IMG/VR virus record: IMGVR_UViG_3300029374_000341 | Location: 1 to 32,000 of that record | DNA: 32,000 nt | Source: a virus | Strand: one strand, 5' to 3' | In this document: in pieces, positions 6,423-16,614 of the stretch | How positions within the stretch are numbered: position 1 is the first letter of the stretch | Layout: each line of letters starts with the position of its first letter | Notes under the pieces: model-generated | Told to the model about the DNA's origin: nothing | What the model saw: only the letters and a program-made list of their open reading frames with translations | Database searches by the model: none | Program-made: the position numbers and the translations under genes

Positions 6423-8258
6423 CTATGCGATACGTTTCCAGAAGTGAACACAGATGGATGGCTGGATGTTGTTATGTGGTTGATTTCCACCAGTATTTGT
6501 TGTATTACTCATAAACCCACCATTAAACCATGAATTATTTGATGCAGATTGGATATTTCCTTTTCCATCAATCCAAACACAATCATTAAATTTATGTGCA
6601 TGACTAGGCATTTCTTTTATTGTTAGTTTGTGCTTGTATTCTCCGTATGTTTTACCAGATGTAAAGGACATACTTGTACTACCGTCATTCCCTGTACCTT
6701 CACCGACTAGTGTACGGCCTTGACCGAACTGTTCCCAAGTTCCACCCAAGAATGTTCCTGGGTTCTTTTTATCGTATGTGATATAGACTGCGCCAACTGG
6801 GAATATTTTATTTAAAAACATTGGAGCTACAATATCGCCTAATACGGTTAGTGTATCTTTTTGGTTTCCGTCTTGACCGAAGAACGTTAATGATCTTCCA
6901 TCTTTACCAAAGTTAATTAACGAGTAAGCAGGTGCTACAGTAAAGATTTGCCATGAGTAGTCATTCATGAACTTATCCTTAACACCGAATGCCACTTCAT
7001 AAGAATTTGTTGCGGATGTAAATAAATTACCTGCTTTGTAGTCTTGCTCAAGAGTATAGTTGTTATCCCATGAATTTATTTTCGTCCATGAACTAGCTCC
7101 ACTAGCTCGATATTGGATATAGAATGACGTCACATTCTTACCAGTTAAACTAGTAAATCCTGCTTTGAAGTGCAATAACGCATACGTTCCACTTGCTTCA
7201 TCAACTGTATAACTTGAGTTAGCACGTCTTGCAGTCACATTCGTTAAGCTAGGTGAACTATATGCAGATACAGTTACTTTGCCACTAATTTGTGAACTTC
7301 TACCACGTGAATCATAGATCGTTGTTGTATAGGTAATGCTACCACTACCTTGTACAGTACCAGTAGTAAATGAGCTATTGTTATACGTTTGCCCCTCAAA
7401 TTTGGTTGATACAGATGTAACAGTTGAGCCTTGCTCACCACTGTAAGTTATTGCGAACTTCAGTCTAGATTGTGACTGAACTATCTGCCCAATTCCTGCA
7501 CATACAGAATTTGCATCTGTTATTTTGATGCTATCAATCGAAGGAACTACACTGCTTCTGACTTTAATGGTTGCATTTACTGATTTAGAGCCAACTGACG
7601 TTGAACCACTGAATGTTTCTAAGGTAAATGTTGCGATACCACTTGTCGAGTTAGGCAAATCCTTTTCCCATGAGGTAGGAATCGTATAAGAAAAAGTGGG
7701 TGTTAATGTCCCACTTATCGTTGTTAATTCACTTGTTTTACCATTCCATGTTGCATAGATTTTATGCGTAAAGTTCTTTGAAGCACTCGAACCATTGATA
7801 TTAATAGTGTTACCACATTCAATACTAGGGCTATCAATAGATATGCTTGATGCTCTTGGAATAGTTGTCAATTTAACTGTACCACTGCAAGAACCAGTAA
7901 TAGGTGCATAATATCCAGGGTTACTTCCACTGAAAGATGCACTTACCGAAATTGTTTTTGAACCATCTGCATCATGCGAAATAGTTACAGCTCCACTTTT
8001 TACACCGACAAGAGTTCCAGCTGGAACATTAGGTGTAAAGCTTTGATCTAACACTTGAGTACCATTCACGGATACTTTAAATGTTTCTGGAATTCCATTG
8101 TGTGTATGGTACTGCGTATTAGATCGAATACCAACCCACCACTCTACATATGATGTGTTGTTTTCAACAGAATAAGATATTTCATTGATTCGTAATATTA
8201 ACGAGTATTTATCCCACTGACCACTACCAATTTGTATTCCACCACTAAATTCTGCCAT
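6423..8258 (-). CDS. tail fibre / receptor-binding protein (DUF859-like N-terminal part, tail-collar C-terminal tip; currently carries cassette C)
   Basis: 611 aa. The N-terminus (SYSVENNTSYVEWWVGIRSN...VSVNGTQV...TISHDADGSKTISVSASF...KLTTIPRAS) resembles siphovirus DUF859 proteins. The C-terminus (...MSFTSGKTYGEYKHKLTIKEMPSHAHKF...GGNQPHNNIQPSICVHFWKRIA) shows phage tail-collar motifs. Confidence 0.85.
   Translation of the reverse strand: MAEFSGGIQIGSGQWDKYSLILRINEISYSVENNTSYVEWWVGIRSNTQYHTHNGIPETFKVSVNGTQVLDQSFTPNVPAGTLVGVKSGAVTISHDADGSKTISVSASFSGSNPGYYAPITGSCSGTVKLTTIPRASSISIDSPSIECGNTININGSSASKNFTHKIYATWNGKTSELTTISGTLTPTFSYTIPTSWEKDLPNSTSGIATFTLETFSGSTSVGSKSVNATIKVRSSVVPSIDSIKITDANSVCAGIGQIVQSQSRLKFAITYSGEQGSTVTSVSTKFEGQTYNNSSFTTGTVQGSGSITYTTTIYDSRGRSSQISGKVTVSAYSSPSLTNVTARRANSSYTVDEASGTYALLHFKAGFTSLTGKNVTSFYIQYRASGASSWTKINSWDNNYTLEQDYKAGNLFTSATNSYEVAFGVKDKFMNDYSWQIFTVAPAYSLINFGKDGRSLTFFGQDGNQKDTLTVLGDIVAPMFLNKIFPVGAVYITYDKKNPGTFLGGTWEQFGQGRTLVGEGTGNDGSTSMSFTSGKTYGEYKHKLTIKEMPSHAHKFNDCVWIDGKGNIQSASNNSWFNGGFMSNTTNTGGNQPHNNIQPSICVHFWKRIA
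6661..6673 (-). repeat. shufflon crossover core copy C (inside the expressed fibre gene)
   Basis: Exact 13-mer spanning the codons for S-M-S-F-T, 83 codons before the stop of ORF 6423-8258. Confidence 0.85.
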
Positions 8259-8262
8259 TTAA

Positions 8263-11200
8263 TCACCCTACTTTCTTGAAGTCTAGCGAGCCATTTGCTC
8301 TTGGCACAAATCCAAATGAACCAACTTTTAAAGACTGCGTGAATTGTCCATCTGTGATGAACATTGTTTGGTCGTTGATATATGTTACCTTTGCACCATT
8401 TTTTTGAATCGACCATTCATTGTTTGTGATTTTAGTTTTAAATGCGCTATCCGATTTACCTAAAGTTAATGCATCATTATCAAACGACATATAACTATTT
8501 ACGTTGTCAGTGGTTTGCTTTAAACCATCAACACGACCATTTACACTGTCGATTTGACCGCCCATCTCATTCTTTGCATCAGTTACCGACTGATTGATTG
8601 ACCATGTAAAGTCATTTTTTGTCTGAGTGAACTGAGTTGATACAGTATTTTGATAATGTTCAAATGCCGAATTTGATACATAAGTTTCTGATACTTTGCT
8701 TGTAATTTCATTCGCCTTTGTCTCAATAGCAGATTGTCGCTCAGTACGTTCTGTATTGATTGCTTCATCTACATCTTCAGGAGCTGGAGTCCAGTCTGTA
8801 TTTTTATTTCCTAGCTCTAATTTAATCTTTTTAATATATATAGTTGCTGAATCTTGTCGTGTCAAAAAACATACTTTAGGAGTATCTTTTTTTATTCCCA
8901 CAACAAATGTAGTGCTATAAAGTTTCCAATCTTTAGAGTCTATAGTTGCATAAGCCAGTGCAGCATTATTATAGCTATCATCTTTTATTTCTAATTGTAC
9001 ATTTGAATCGCATTTGGCATAAAAAGAAATCGTGTATGTCTGTCCTAACACTAAATCAATGAACTGATATATATAATTTAAGAAACTATTACTTAAAGAA
9101 ACATAATAGAATCCATCTACATCTTTGGTTGGTGTTTCTGGTGCGCCGCTTAATCCGAAATTTGGTTTAAAAGTTTGAGTACTTAATAATAAATTACGCC
9201 CACCAATTTGTAAGTTATCAATCTTATTGTTAGCTTCAGTAATGGACTTTGCTTGTAATTTAATCGCATTTGCATTCTGCTCAATTGCAGTTGTATTTGA
9301 AGTAACTTTGTTTGTTAGTTCTGCAAGGTCTTTCTGAGCTTGTTCTGCTTTAACTTTTGCATCATCCGCAACTCCTTGAGCCGCCTTTGCATCGTTGATT
9401 GCCGTAGTTGCGTTACCTTGAGCAGTAGTTGCATCTGATTGAGCTTTCTGTACTGCAGCTTCTGCGTTTGTTAAACGAGTTTGAGCTTTTGTGATTTCTC
9501 CCTCAGTCGCATCAACTCTACCAGTCACTGATTCTAGATTAGCTTTTGCATCTGCCAATTCTTTATTAGCATTGTCTAAGTTAGTTTGAGCACTATCTGC
9601 TTTTTTCTTTGCTTGGTCTGCTAGAGTTTGAGCACTTTGAGCATTACCTAACGCTTTATCCGCTTGAGCTTGAGCATCCGTTGCTTTCTTTGTTGCATCA
9701 ATAATATCTTTCTGAGCTTTAGTTGTATCTGATTGCAACTTTTCAATTGAACTTGCTTGAGTTGTGATTGACTCTGCATTTTGTTTAATCTTGGTATTTA
9801 AACTACCTTCAATGCTTGTTAAATCACTCTTAGAAGCATAAGTTTCTGATACAGTAGTCGACAATTCACCGACTTTCTTTTCAATTTCAGTTGTAACATC
9901 TGCATGAATAGATTTTGATTCAGTAGTTAAATCAACTTTTGTAGCATACGTTTCTTTTACAGTAGCAATTTCACTAGCGTTGGCATTTGCCTTATCAACT
10001 GCATCTTGAATCTGTTGCTTTGAATCAGTAATATCATCTTTTATCGCATCAATCTGCTCTTGTGCTTTACCGGTACTTGTATTTGCATCTTGTGCTAGTT
10101 GTTTAGCTTCACTTGATTGAGTGTTAGCGGTATTAGCTAATTCATTCGCTTTACTTGCAGTCGTTTGAGCCTGTGCTGCCTTATCAACTGCTTCTTTTGA
10201 TTGCACATTTGCTTGAGATACTTGAGTATGAATCTCACCAATCTTTGCATCAATTTCATTCCATGTGTTATCGAATATAGCTTTCGTATACTTAACTTCA
10301 CTTGGATTTGCATACGTACATTTCCAACGTTTCCAAAGGAATTTATCTGATTGATAAACCACATTACCAACGAACCATTCACCACCAATTAATTCGGTTT
10401 GTGATGTTGAATAATAGAATTGTTCTTCGGCACTCACAAATGACTGACCATCTTCCCCTTTAATTGCACTCCATCGGTATTTGGTTGGGTCATCACTGCC
10501 ATATTGCTTTGAGTCAGAATACTGACCAATAAATTTACGATTTGAGTCTGTCAAACTGAAATCAACACGTCCATCTGAACTATTGGCATAGGCAATATGT
10601 ACGTATGCGCTTGTTCCATTCTGACCGTCCTGTAATCGCATTACGGTGACTTCTGCGCTTGCTTTAAGTATTTCACCACTCATTGCTTTAAATCGGTATA
10701 CGGCCTTTTCTGTGAAATCTGAAGCGTTGACTGTGATTGTTTGACTTGTTGATATTTGCTCATCGTCTTTATACCAAATAATTGAATACTTAGATGTAAT
10801 ATCAACACCATCATCCTTTACCAATGCAGTTAATTTGGTTGAATCTGAATCTGTCTTAAAAAGAACTCCATTTGAAGATACGATTGAACCTTCATAAACT
10901 TTTTTCAATTCAATCATCTTGTTCATTTCACTGATCAGAGCTGAACTAATCTGTGATTGCTTTTCTTCAAAGTTGTCAAAAATAGTCTTGCACTTCTCGG
11001 AATCTGTGAAACAAATCTCTTGTTCCGTTATTCGTGCTTCTAAATACAATGTAGGACTATATTCTGCATCTTCGATAGTAAACGTATCACCGATATCTGC
11101 ATCAATATATGCATCTACATCATACGTAACTTTAGGAACACAATTCTTTTTCAACTGAGCCAACGCTTGACCGTATAATGTCTCAACGTTTTCAGTTTCA

Positions 11201-12066
11201 TAAGACCACACTAGCACTGCATACATATCGTTTGAATGATTTGTTAATAACGTACTAGGAAATCTATCTCTAGATTGAGGTGCAAGTATATTGTTACCTT
11301 GAACTTTATACAAAATATTTCCATTTGAATCTTTTACAACACGGCCACTAATCGAGTTAAGTTGTAACCCATTATTACCCGTAGGTCTGATACCTGTATA
11401 CAACTCTGTAATATCACTTGTTTTAGTGATTCCATATACATCGTTTGGATACCTTAATGTCGTACTGCGCTTGTCACTTCCCATTCCTTGAACGGAATCT
11501 GAATGAGCTCTGTAAATATTCAACACAAAGTTCTTCAAAGAATAATCGTCATTCAATTGAGTTACGAACTCTAATTCTGCATCAAATACATTTGCGATTG
11601 AATACAATCGAGCTAGTACAGTATCACTTCCAGTCCACTCATGTGTGATACGTTTGTCTGATACTTCATTCTTGCCAATTACGAACGATTGTTCAAATCC
11701 ATACGCATTAACATATTCTGCAAATGACATCGCTCTAGGCGCTTTATATGCATCTACATATTCATTCGTTAATTCAAGGCAAAGACCATAGGCGGTAACG
11801 TTTGTCGTGTTACCACCTTTTTCTACGTTCATGATAGTTAAGTAGTAGCCTTTGTTTTTTCTTGTAAAGCTCAGTTTATTTCCTTCTACTAAAAAGGCTG
11901 CATCATCATGTGCAGTCAATGTTGTAAATTCAAATGTATATGCCGAGCCTTTCAAGTATGTATGCAAGGTTTCATCAAAGTAATGCATTGCACTAGGTAC
12001 TGTGTTGTCTAAAAAAGCTAACACCTTATCATAAGGAGTCAATACTGCTATTCTGATTTGTTCCAT
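8263..12066 (-). CDS. tail tip protein Tal / phage minor structural protein with long coiled coil and CBM-like domain
   Basis: ~1267 aa, from the ATG at 12066 (TAATG overlap with Dit, GGAGG 10 nt upstream). The N-terminus is typical of the Prophage_tail / minor structural protein N-terminal region. A ~330-aa Ala/Gln/Lys-rich coiled coil is followed by a beta-rich domain (YTISFYAKCDSNVQLEIK...IKKIKLELGNKNTDWTPAPED). Confidence 0.85.
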   Translation of the reverse strand: MEQIRIAVLTPYDKVLAFLDNTVPSAMHYFDETLHTYLKGSAYTFEFTTLTAHDDAAFLVEGNKLSFTRKNKGYYLTIMNVEKGGNTTNVTAYGLCLELTNEYVDAYKAPRAMSFAEYVNAYGFEQSFVIGKNEVSDKRITHEWTGSDTVLARLYSIANVFDAELEFVTQLNDDYSLKNFVLNIYRAHSDSVQGMGSDKRSTTLRYPNDVYGITKTSDITELYTGIRPTGNNGLQLNSISGRVVKDSNGNILYKVQGNNILAPQSRDRFPSTLLTNHSNDMYAVLVWSYETENVETLYGQALAQLKKNCVPKVTYDVDAYIDADIGDTFTIEDAEYSPTLYLEARITEQEICFTDSEKCKTIFDNFEEKQSQISSALISEMNKMIELKKVYEGSIVSSNGVLFKTDSDSTKLTALVKDDGVDITSKYSIIWYKDDEQISTSQTITVNASDFTEKAVYRFKAMSGEILKASAEVTVMRLQDGQNGTSAYVHIAYANSSDGRVDFSLTDSNRKFIGQYSDSKQYGSDDPTKYRWSAIKGEDGQSFVSAEEQFYYSTSQTELIGGEWFVGNVVYQSDKFLWKRWKCTYANPSEVKYTKAIFDNTWNEIDAKIGEIHTQVSQANVQSKEAVDKAAQAQTTASKANELANTANTQSSEAKQLAQDANTSTGKAQEQIDAIKDDITDSKQQIQDAVDKANANASEIATVKETYATKVDLTTESKSIHADVTTEIEKKVGELSTTVSETYASKSDLTSIEGSLNTKIKQNAESITTQASSIEKLQSDTTKAQKDIIDATKKATDAQAQADKALGNAQSAQTLADQAKKKADSAQTNLDNANKELADAKANLESVTGRVDATEGEITKAQTRLTNAEAAVQKAQSDATTAQGNATTAINDAKAAQGVADDAKVKAEQAQKDLAELTNKVTSNTTAIEQNANAIKLQAKSITEANNKIDNLQIGGRNLLLSTQTFKPNFGLSGAPETPTKDVDGFYYVSLSNSFLNYIYQFIDLVLGQTYTISFYAKCDSNVQLEIKDDSYNNAALAYATIDSKDWKLYSTTFVVGIKKDTPKVCFLTRQDSATIYIKKIKLELGNKNTDWTPAPEDVDEAINTERTERQSAIETKANEITSKVSETYVSNSAFEHYQNTVSTQFTQTKNDFTWSINQSVTDAKNEMGGQIDSVNGRVDGLKQTTDNVNSYMSFDNDALTLGKSDSAFKTKITNNEWSIQKNGAKVTYINDQTMFITDGQFTQSLKVGSFGFVPRANGSLDFKKVG

Positions 12067-13592
12067 TATAACCATGCCTCCCTAATCCTAGCTTTCACTG
12101 TTGGCTTTGATTTTGACCAACTTGAGCAAGTAGTCTTTATCTCTGTAGTTCCTACTGGTGCTTTAAAATACTTAGTTCCTAGCACCTCATCTTGAGGTCT
12201 ACTCATACCATTCACATAAACATGAGATGATTCACCATCAATTGTAATCTTTGTACCACTTGGATATCTGTTTGGTATATCTCTCCATTTCGAAACATTG
12301 TTCTTTGTGAAGTTGATAACATCAAATCCCATCATAGACATGAATTGATTACCACTTCTATTCCCCCATTGTTTAAACGCAATTTGAATTTTAGCACACT
12401 TCATGTTTGCAATTTCCGGAATATAATAGTTGTAATATCCACCCCAATAGAAGAACCTAATGTTTCCACCTTCTTTTAAAACATCGCAATGTCCCCAACT
12501 CCAATACCAAGGATTTTGTGTGTGTAAATGTGAAGTTGTATATGAGAAATTTCTAAGCATTTTGCCGTTTGCCCAAAACTCATAATGTCCTGTATTTCCG
12601 ACTGTATCTGTTTTATAAAAGTTACATCCACAAATCAATTTGTTATCTGCAGTCAAGAAGTTGATGCACATTTCACCAGTCTGACCCATAAGTCCTGCAT
12701 AAAACAACAAATGAAAATAACAATAGAAGTTCTGAGCACCACTTGTATCTCCATTTGAATCTGCAGGTATTACCAAGGTTCTTAATCCACCACTCGCAGG
12801 CCCTTTTTTTGCTCCAACAGTGCCAAATCCAATAAACTTTTGATTAAACCAAGTGTGTTCGGCTAATGTACCGTTCGAACCGTACTGAGGATGCATTACA
12901 TCCGTTCCACCAATGTCATCTGCACAATTGTAAAAGTTGTTGATGCTAACTAAATGTTCACTCTGTTGATATGATTCAGAATCTAATTCTTCAATTTTGC
13001 CATATTGCATTACTCCTTCAGTTGATACGATACCAATATATCCTGTTTCAGATGTTGCTTGAATTTCATAATCAATACTAACTGGTACAGTTCCTTCATT
13101 AACAATATTCAACACTCCATCAGTAGCAGTAAACTCTTTTTCTGTGGTTGAATATTTCCTAGGGTCTGAGCAATAGATTTCAATCTCACCAATCACGTTG
13201 TTGCTTCCGCCATCAACCTGTGTATTTGAAGTCTTTGTTCCAATAAAATACTTATCGCTTTCATCGTTAAAAATGACTTTTACTTGCTCACCGCTCAACA
13301 ATTTATTCATCTTGTTGTAAGCTTCTCGATATTCTCTGCTACCTCTAGCTCTCAATTGATATTTAACAGTAATCGTTCTTGCAGGCGTAGTTTTATATCT
13401 GTAATAAGAGCCATCCATTCCATCAATTTCTTGATCCGTAACTTCTGATTCCATTAACTCACGACCTGTTACCGAAAGTGTTCGATAACCATCAATTTCA
13501 TTTTCTAAATATACGCCATTATATGACATGGCTTCTGTCGGTAGGTTAGTACCGACAATGCCACTATTTACTGTATCTACAAATGCATACAT
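12066..13592 (-). CDS. distal tail protein Dit (Sipho_tail family, extended form)
   Basis: 508 aa immediately after the tape measure (TAATG overlap). N-terminus MSYNGVYLENEIDGYRTLSVTGRELMESEVTDQEIDGMDGSYYRYKTTPARTITVKYQL is typical of the phage tail component N-terminal domain. Confidence 0.85.
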   Translation of the reverse strand: MYAFVDTVNSGIVGTNLPTEAMSYNGVYLENEIDGYRTLSVTGRELMESEVTDQEIDGMDGSYYRYKTTPARTITVKYQLRARGSREYREAYNKMNKLLSGEQVKVIFNDESDKYFIGTKTSNTQVDGGSNNVIGEIEIYCSDPRKYSTTEKEFTATDGVLNIVNEGTVPVSIDYEIQATSETGYIGIVSTEGVMQYGKIEELDSESYQQSEHLVSINNFYNCADDIGGTDVMHPQYGSNGTLAEHTWFNQKFIGFGTVGAKKGPASGGLRTLVIPADSNGDTSGAQNFYCYFHLLFYAGLMGQTGEMCINFLTADNKLICGCNFYKTDTVGNTGHYEFWANGKMLRNFSYTTSHLHTQNPWYWSWGHCDVLKEGGNIRFFYWGGYYNYYIPEIANMKCAKIQIAFKQWGNRSGNQFMSMMGFDVINFTKNNVSKWRDIPNRYPSGTKITIDGESSHVYVNGMSRPQDEVLGTKYFKAPVGTTEIKTTCSSWSKSKPTVKARIREAWL

Positions 13593-16500
13593 TATTTGTT
13601 ACCTCGCAATCTTTCATTGAATTTAGAATGTTTATCAAACTCACTCTGATTTGCTCTATATGTTGCACGTGCGAATTCTCTATCATTGATATAAAGTGGT
13701 GTTTCAATGGTTAATTCAGCATTGTTTGTGTAGTCGTATTCTGTGTTCAAGTCGCTCACAATACCTCCAAAAGCCATTTTTGGAGCATTCATCATTGGAA
13801 AGTATAATAAGTCCTCTGAAGCTCTTTTAACGTCAAAATACATTGATTCAAGTCCTAAAACCAATCCTTTACCAATCCACATACCATCTTTTTTAGTGAC
13901 CTTTGATGGAGATCCAATCTTAGCTTTAGCTTGAATAGCTGCATCTGCCGCAGACGCTAAACTAGCGGCCGCAGCTCTAACAGAACCTTCACTAGCTCTT
14001 AAACCATTCGCCAATCCTTGACCAATCATACGACCACAGTATTCTGCTCGTGATTGACATGAATTAAATGCAGATATAATTGATTGACAAGAACTTTTTG
14101 CAACTGATACACCTGTTTTAAGACCACTACCTAACCCTTTAGTAAAGTTAGTTCCCATTGCAGTTCCCGAAGTAGTAGCTTTTGCTTCTGCATTTGTCAT
14201 AGCTACGATAATCGCGTTAATAGAAGCCACTGTTGTACTAGAAGCACTTGAGAAAGCTCCACTGATTGTTGAAGCCACTGCTACTAGCATGGCTAAACTT
14301 GTTGCAGTAGCCATTACAGAACTTGCAACTGGTGCAATAGCTCCTGCAAATGCAGTCATAGCTCCACTTGCAACTGTTAATGGTTCTGAAATTCCGCTTA
14401 ATGAGCTTAAAGCATCTGATAATGATGGAATTGTTGCCGATAATGATTCAATACCTGCTTGAGTTGATACGATCATTGTTAATGCGGTTGCTAATGCCAT
14501 CATTTGAGCACCAGTATCGCCCATTCCACTTGATGCAGTTGCAATAGCTCCAATTCCTACTGCTACCGCTCCTAAACTAGCTCCCATATCAATTAAGTTA
14601 AGGCTCGTAATAATTTTGATTCCATTTGCTAGTTGCTTGAAACCTTTACCTGCATTTAATGCAGACTGTCCAATAGATTTAATCACTCCTGATACTGAGT
14701 TTAAGATTCCACTTACTGTTTCACCAAATGATTGAATTACATCTGAAATTCCTTCAAAAACGTCTTTAATAACTGGACCACACGCAGATACAACATCAGC
14801 AACACCTTCGAGAACCATTTGCAAGCCTTCACCTTGTGAACCGACTAATGCCATAGCAGCACCAGTGGCAAGAATAGCCGCTGCCAACGCTAACCATGTA
14901 GTTGGCGGTACCATTGCAATCGCAGTACCTAAGCCTGTAAATGCAGTTGCTAAACCCTGACCGATTCCTTGCGCTACTGTACTGATTGCAGTACCAAATG
15001 ATTCAATAACAGTACCGACTCCTTCTAATGCGGATTTAATTCCATTTCCAAGTCCTTCAAATACATTACTGATTGCATCTCCTAGACCGGTAATGATTCC
15101 TTTCGCTCCTTCACACACAGAAGAAATAACATTAGAAATTCCATCAAATGCAGAATTAATAATCTGCGCTGCTTTAGATGTTTTTTGTGCAGTTTGTATA
15201 CTTGCATTTCCAATATCAGGTACACCACTTGAAGATGGGCTAGATGTTGGAGCACCTTCTGTACCTCCAATGCCTTTGATTTTATCCATGATTGATTTTA
15301 GCTTTGAATAGCCACTCTGTGCAGAGCCAACAACTCCCTTGATTGTGCTAGTTAATTTGCTACCAACTTTTACTCCAACAAATGCTCCGGCTAACAATTT
15401 AACTGCACTTGCAAATTTCTTAACATCTTCCGTTTTCAGATTAGCTACAAAATCTGCAATTTTTCCTGTTACTTCTGATACTTTTGCAATGATATTTCCA
15501 ATATCCTGTCCTAACTGTTCAAAGACTTTACTGTCCTGTAACTTATCCATTACATTTCCGATAGCATCCTTGATTTTATCGAACATCGTGATTGCGTTTT
15601 GTACTGCATCTGTTTTCATAAAGCCATCATAGAATTGTTGGATCATAGCTTTTGCATTGTTCGCTCTGTCTGCCAACCAATCCATAGCCTTTGATACATT
15701 TTCCATGACTTCTGGTTTAAAGTCCCATGTCAAACCATCGTCCTTAGTTTCCATGATTGAATTTCTAAAATCATAGATTTTTGATTTAATCTTTTCTAGA
15801 TTATCAACCAATCCTCCCATAGCTTTCGACTTCAACATATTGTTCATAGCCGACATAAAGCCTTGTTCAAGGTTCTGTACCGCACTCTTGATGTTAGTCA
15901 TGGATGTTTTAACACCTTTAGAAGCTTCTAATGCAGTTTCTGCAAATCCACCTGTTTCTGTATCACATTCAATCATTGCATCGTTTAACTGGTCAAATGA
16001 AATAGTTCCGTTCTGCAATGCTTCATACAATTCATTTGTATTTCCACTCGCAATACCTAATTTTTTTGCAACCTTTGTCAATGCAGGTGCCATTGTTTCC
16101 TGTAATGTTCTCCATGATTGCATATCTACTGTTCCTTTTGCAAGCATCTGTGAATACTGTTGTAATCCACGTGATGCATCTTCAGAACTAGATCCACTTG
16201 CTAAAAACGCATGATTTAATGCGATTGTAGTATCCGTTGCCTTATCAATATTGCCTGTTACGGCCGACAACGATTTTGATGTTGTAACTACATCTGCTAA
16301 TGATGTAGGCAAGCCTTGAACTGACTGATTTAACTTTGCAACACTCTTTTGAGATTGCTCAACTGAGAACCCCAAAGACTTCATAACTTTTGGATAGGAT
16401 TGCATGGTATCGAATCTGTTAATTGCCCCATCTAACGAGGAACTTAAAACGTTCATAGAAGCGCCTATTACTTTGGTGATTCCAACGCCAGCCACAATAG

Positions 16501-16612
16501 ATTTAACTCTATCGCCAAATGATTCACACGCTCCTAAAGCTTTTTTCATTGTTGAGGTCATGTTTTTATCGGTTGCCGACAATATAGCCTCAACGCTAAA
16601 ACTTTCTGCCAT
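13592..16612 (-). CDS. tape measure protein
   Basis: 1006 aa, the longest helical/Gly-Ala-rich ORF after the chaperone pair. It has a central hydrophobic block and a C-terminal KIGSPSKV..MWIGKGLVLGL motif. GGAGGG SD. Confidence 0.9.
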   Translation of the reverse strand: MAESFSVEAILSATDKNMTSTMKKALGACESFGDRVKSIVAGVGITKVIGASMNVLSSSLDGAINRFDTMQSYPKVMKSLGFSVEQSQKSVAKLNQSVQGLPTSLADVVTTSKSLSAVTGNIDKATDTTIALNHAFLASGSSSEDASRGLQQYSQMLAKGTVDMQSWRTLQETMAPALTKVAKKLGIASGNTNELYEALQNGTISFDQLNDAMIECDTETGGFAETALEASKGVKTSMTNIKSAVQNLEQGFMSAMNNMLKSKAMGGLVDNLEKIKSKIYDFRNSIMETKDDGLTWDFKPEVMENVSKAMDWLADRANNAKAMIQQFYDGFMKTDAVQNAITMFDKIKDAIGNVMDKLQDSKVFEQLGQDIGNIIAKVSEVTGKIADFVANLKTEDVKKFASAVKLLAGAFVGVKVGSKLTSTIKGVVGSAQSGYSKLKSIMDKIKGIGGTEGAPTSSPSSSGVPDIGNASIQTAQKTSKAAQIINSAFDGISNVISSVCEGAKGIITGLGDAISNVFEGLGNGIKSALEGVGTVIESFGTAISTVAQGIGQGLATAFTGLGTAIAMVPPTTWLALAAAILATGAAMALVGSQGEGLQMVLEGVADVVSACGPVIKDVFEGISDVIQSFGETVSGILNSVSGVIKSIGQSALNAGKGFKQLANGIKIITSLNLIDMGASLGAVAVGIGAIATASSGMGDTGAQMMALATALTMIVSTQAGIESLSATIPSLSDALSSLSGISEPLTVASGAMTAFAGAIAPVASSVMATATSLAMLVAVASTISGAFSSASSTTVASINAIIVAMTNAEAKATTSGTAMGTNFTKGLGSGLKTGVSVAKSSCQSIISAFNSCQSRAEYCGRMIGQGLANGLRASEGSVRAAAASLASAADAAIQAKAKIGSPSKVTKKDGMWIGKGLVLGLESMYFDVKRASEDLLYFPMMNAPKMAFGGIVSDLNTEYDYTNNAELTIETPLYINDREFARATYRANQSEFDKHSKFNERLRGNK

Positions 16613-16614
16613 TG

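Larger units (their letters stand above)
5837..6673. other. predicted invertible (shufflon) region of the tail-fibre locus
   Basis: Bounded by inverted cores A and C, with a third core B inside. Contains three alternative fibre C-terminal coding modules. Confidence 0.7.

Noticed and set aside
4941-8258. Alternative explanations for fibre variability: a diversity-generating retroelement or a Gin/Cin-type serine invertase
   Set aside because: The window has no reverse transcriptase ORF and no template/variable repeat pair with adenine-specific differences. The adjacent recombinase shows tyrosine-recombinase motifs (R...HxxR...H...Y), not an N-terminal serine resolvase domain.
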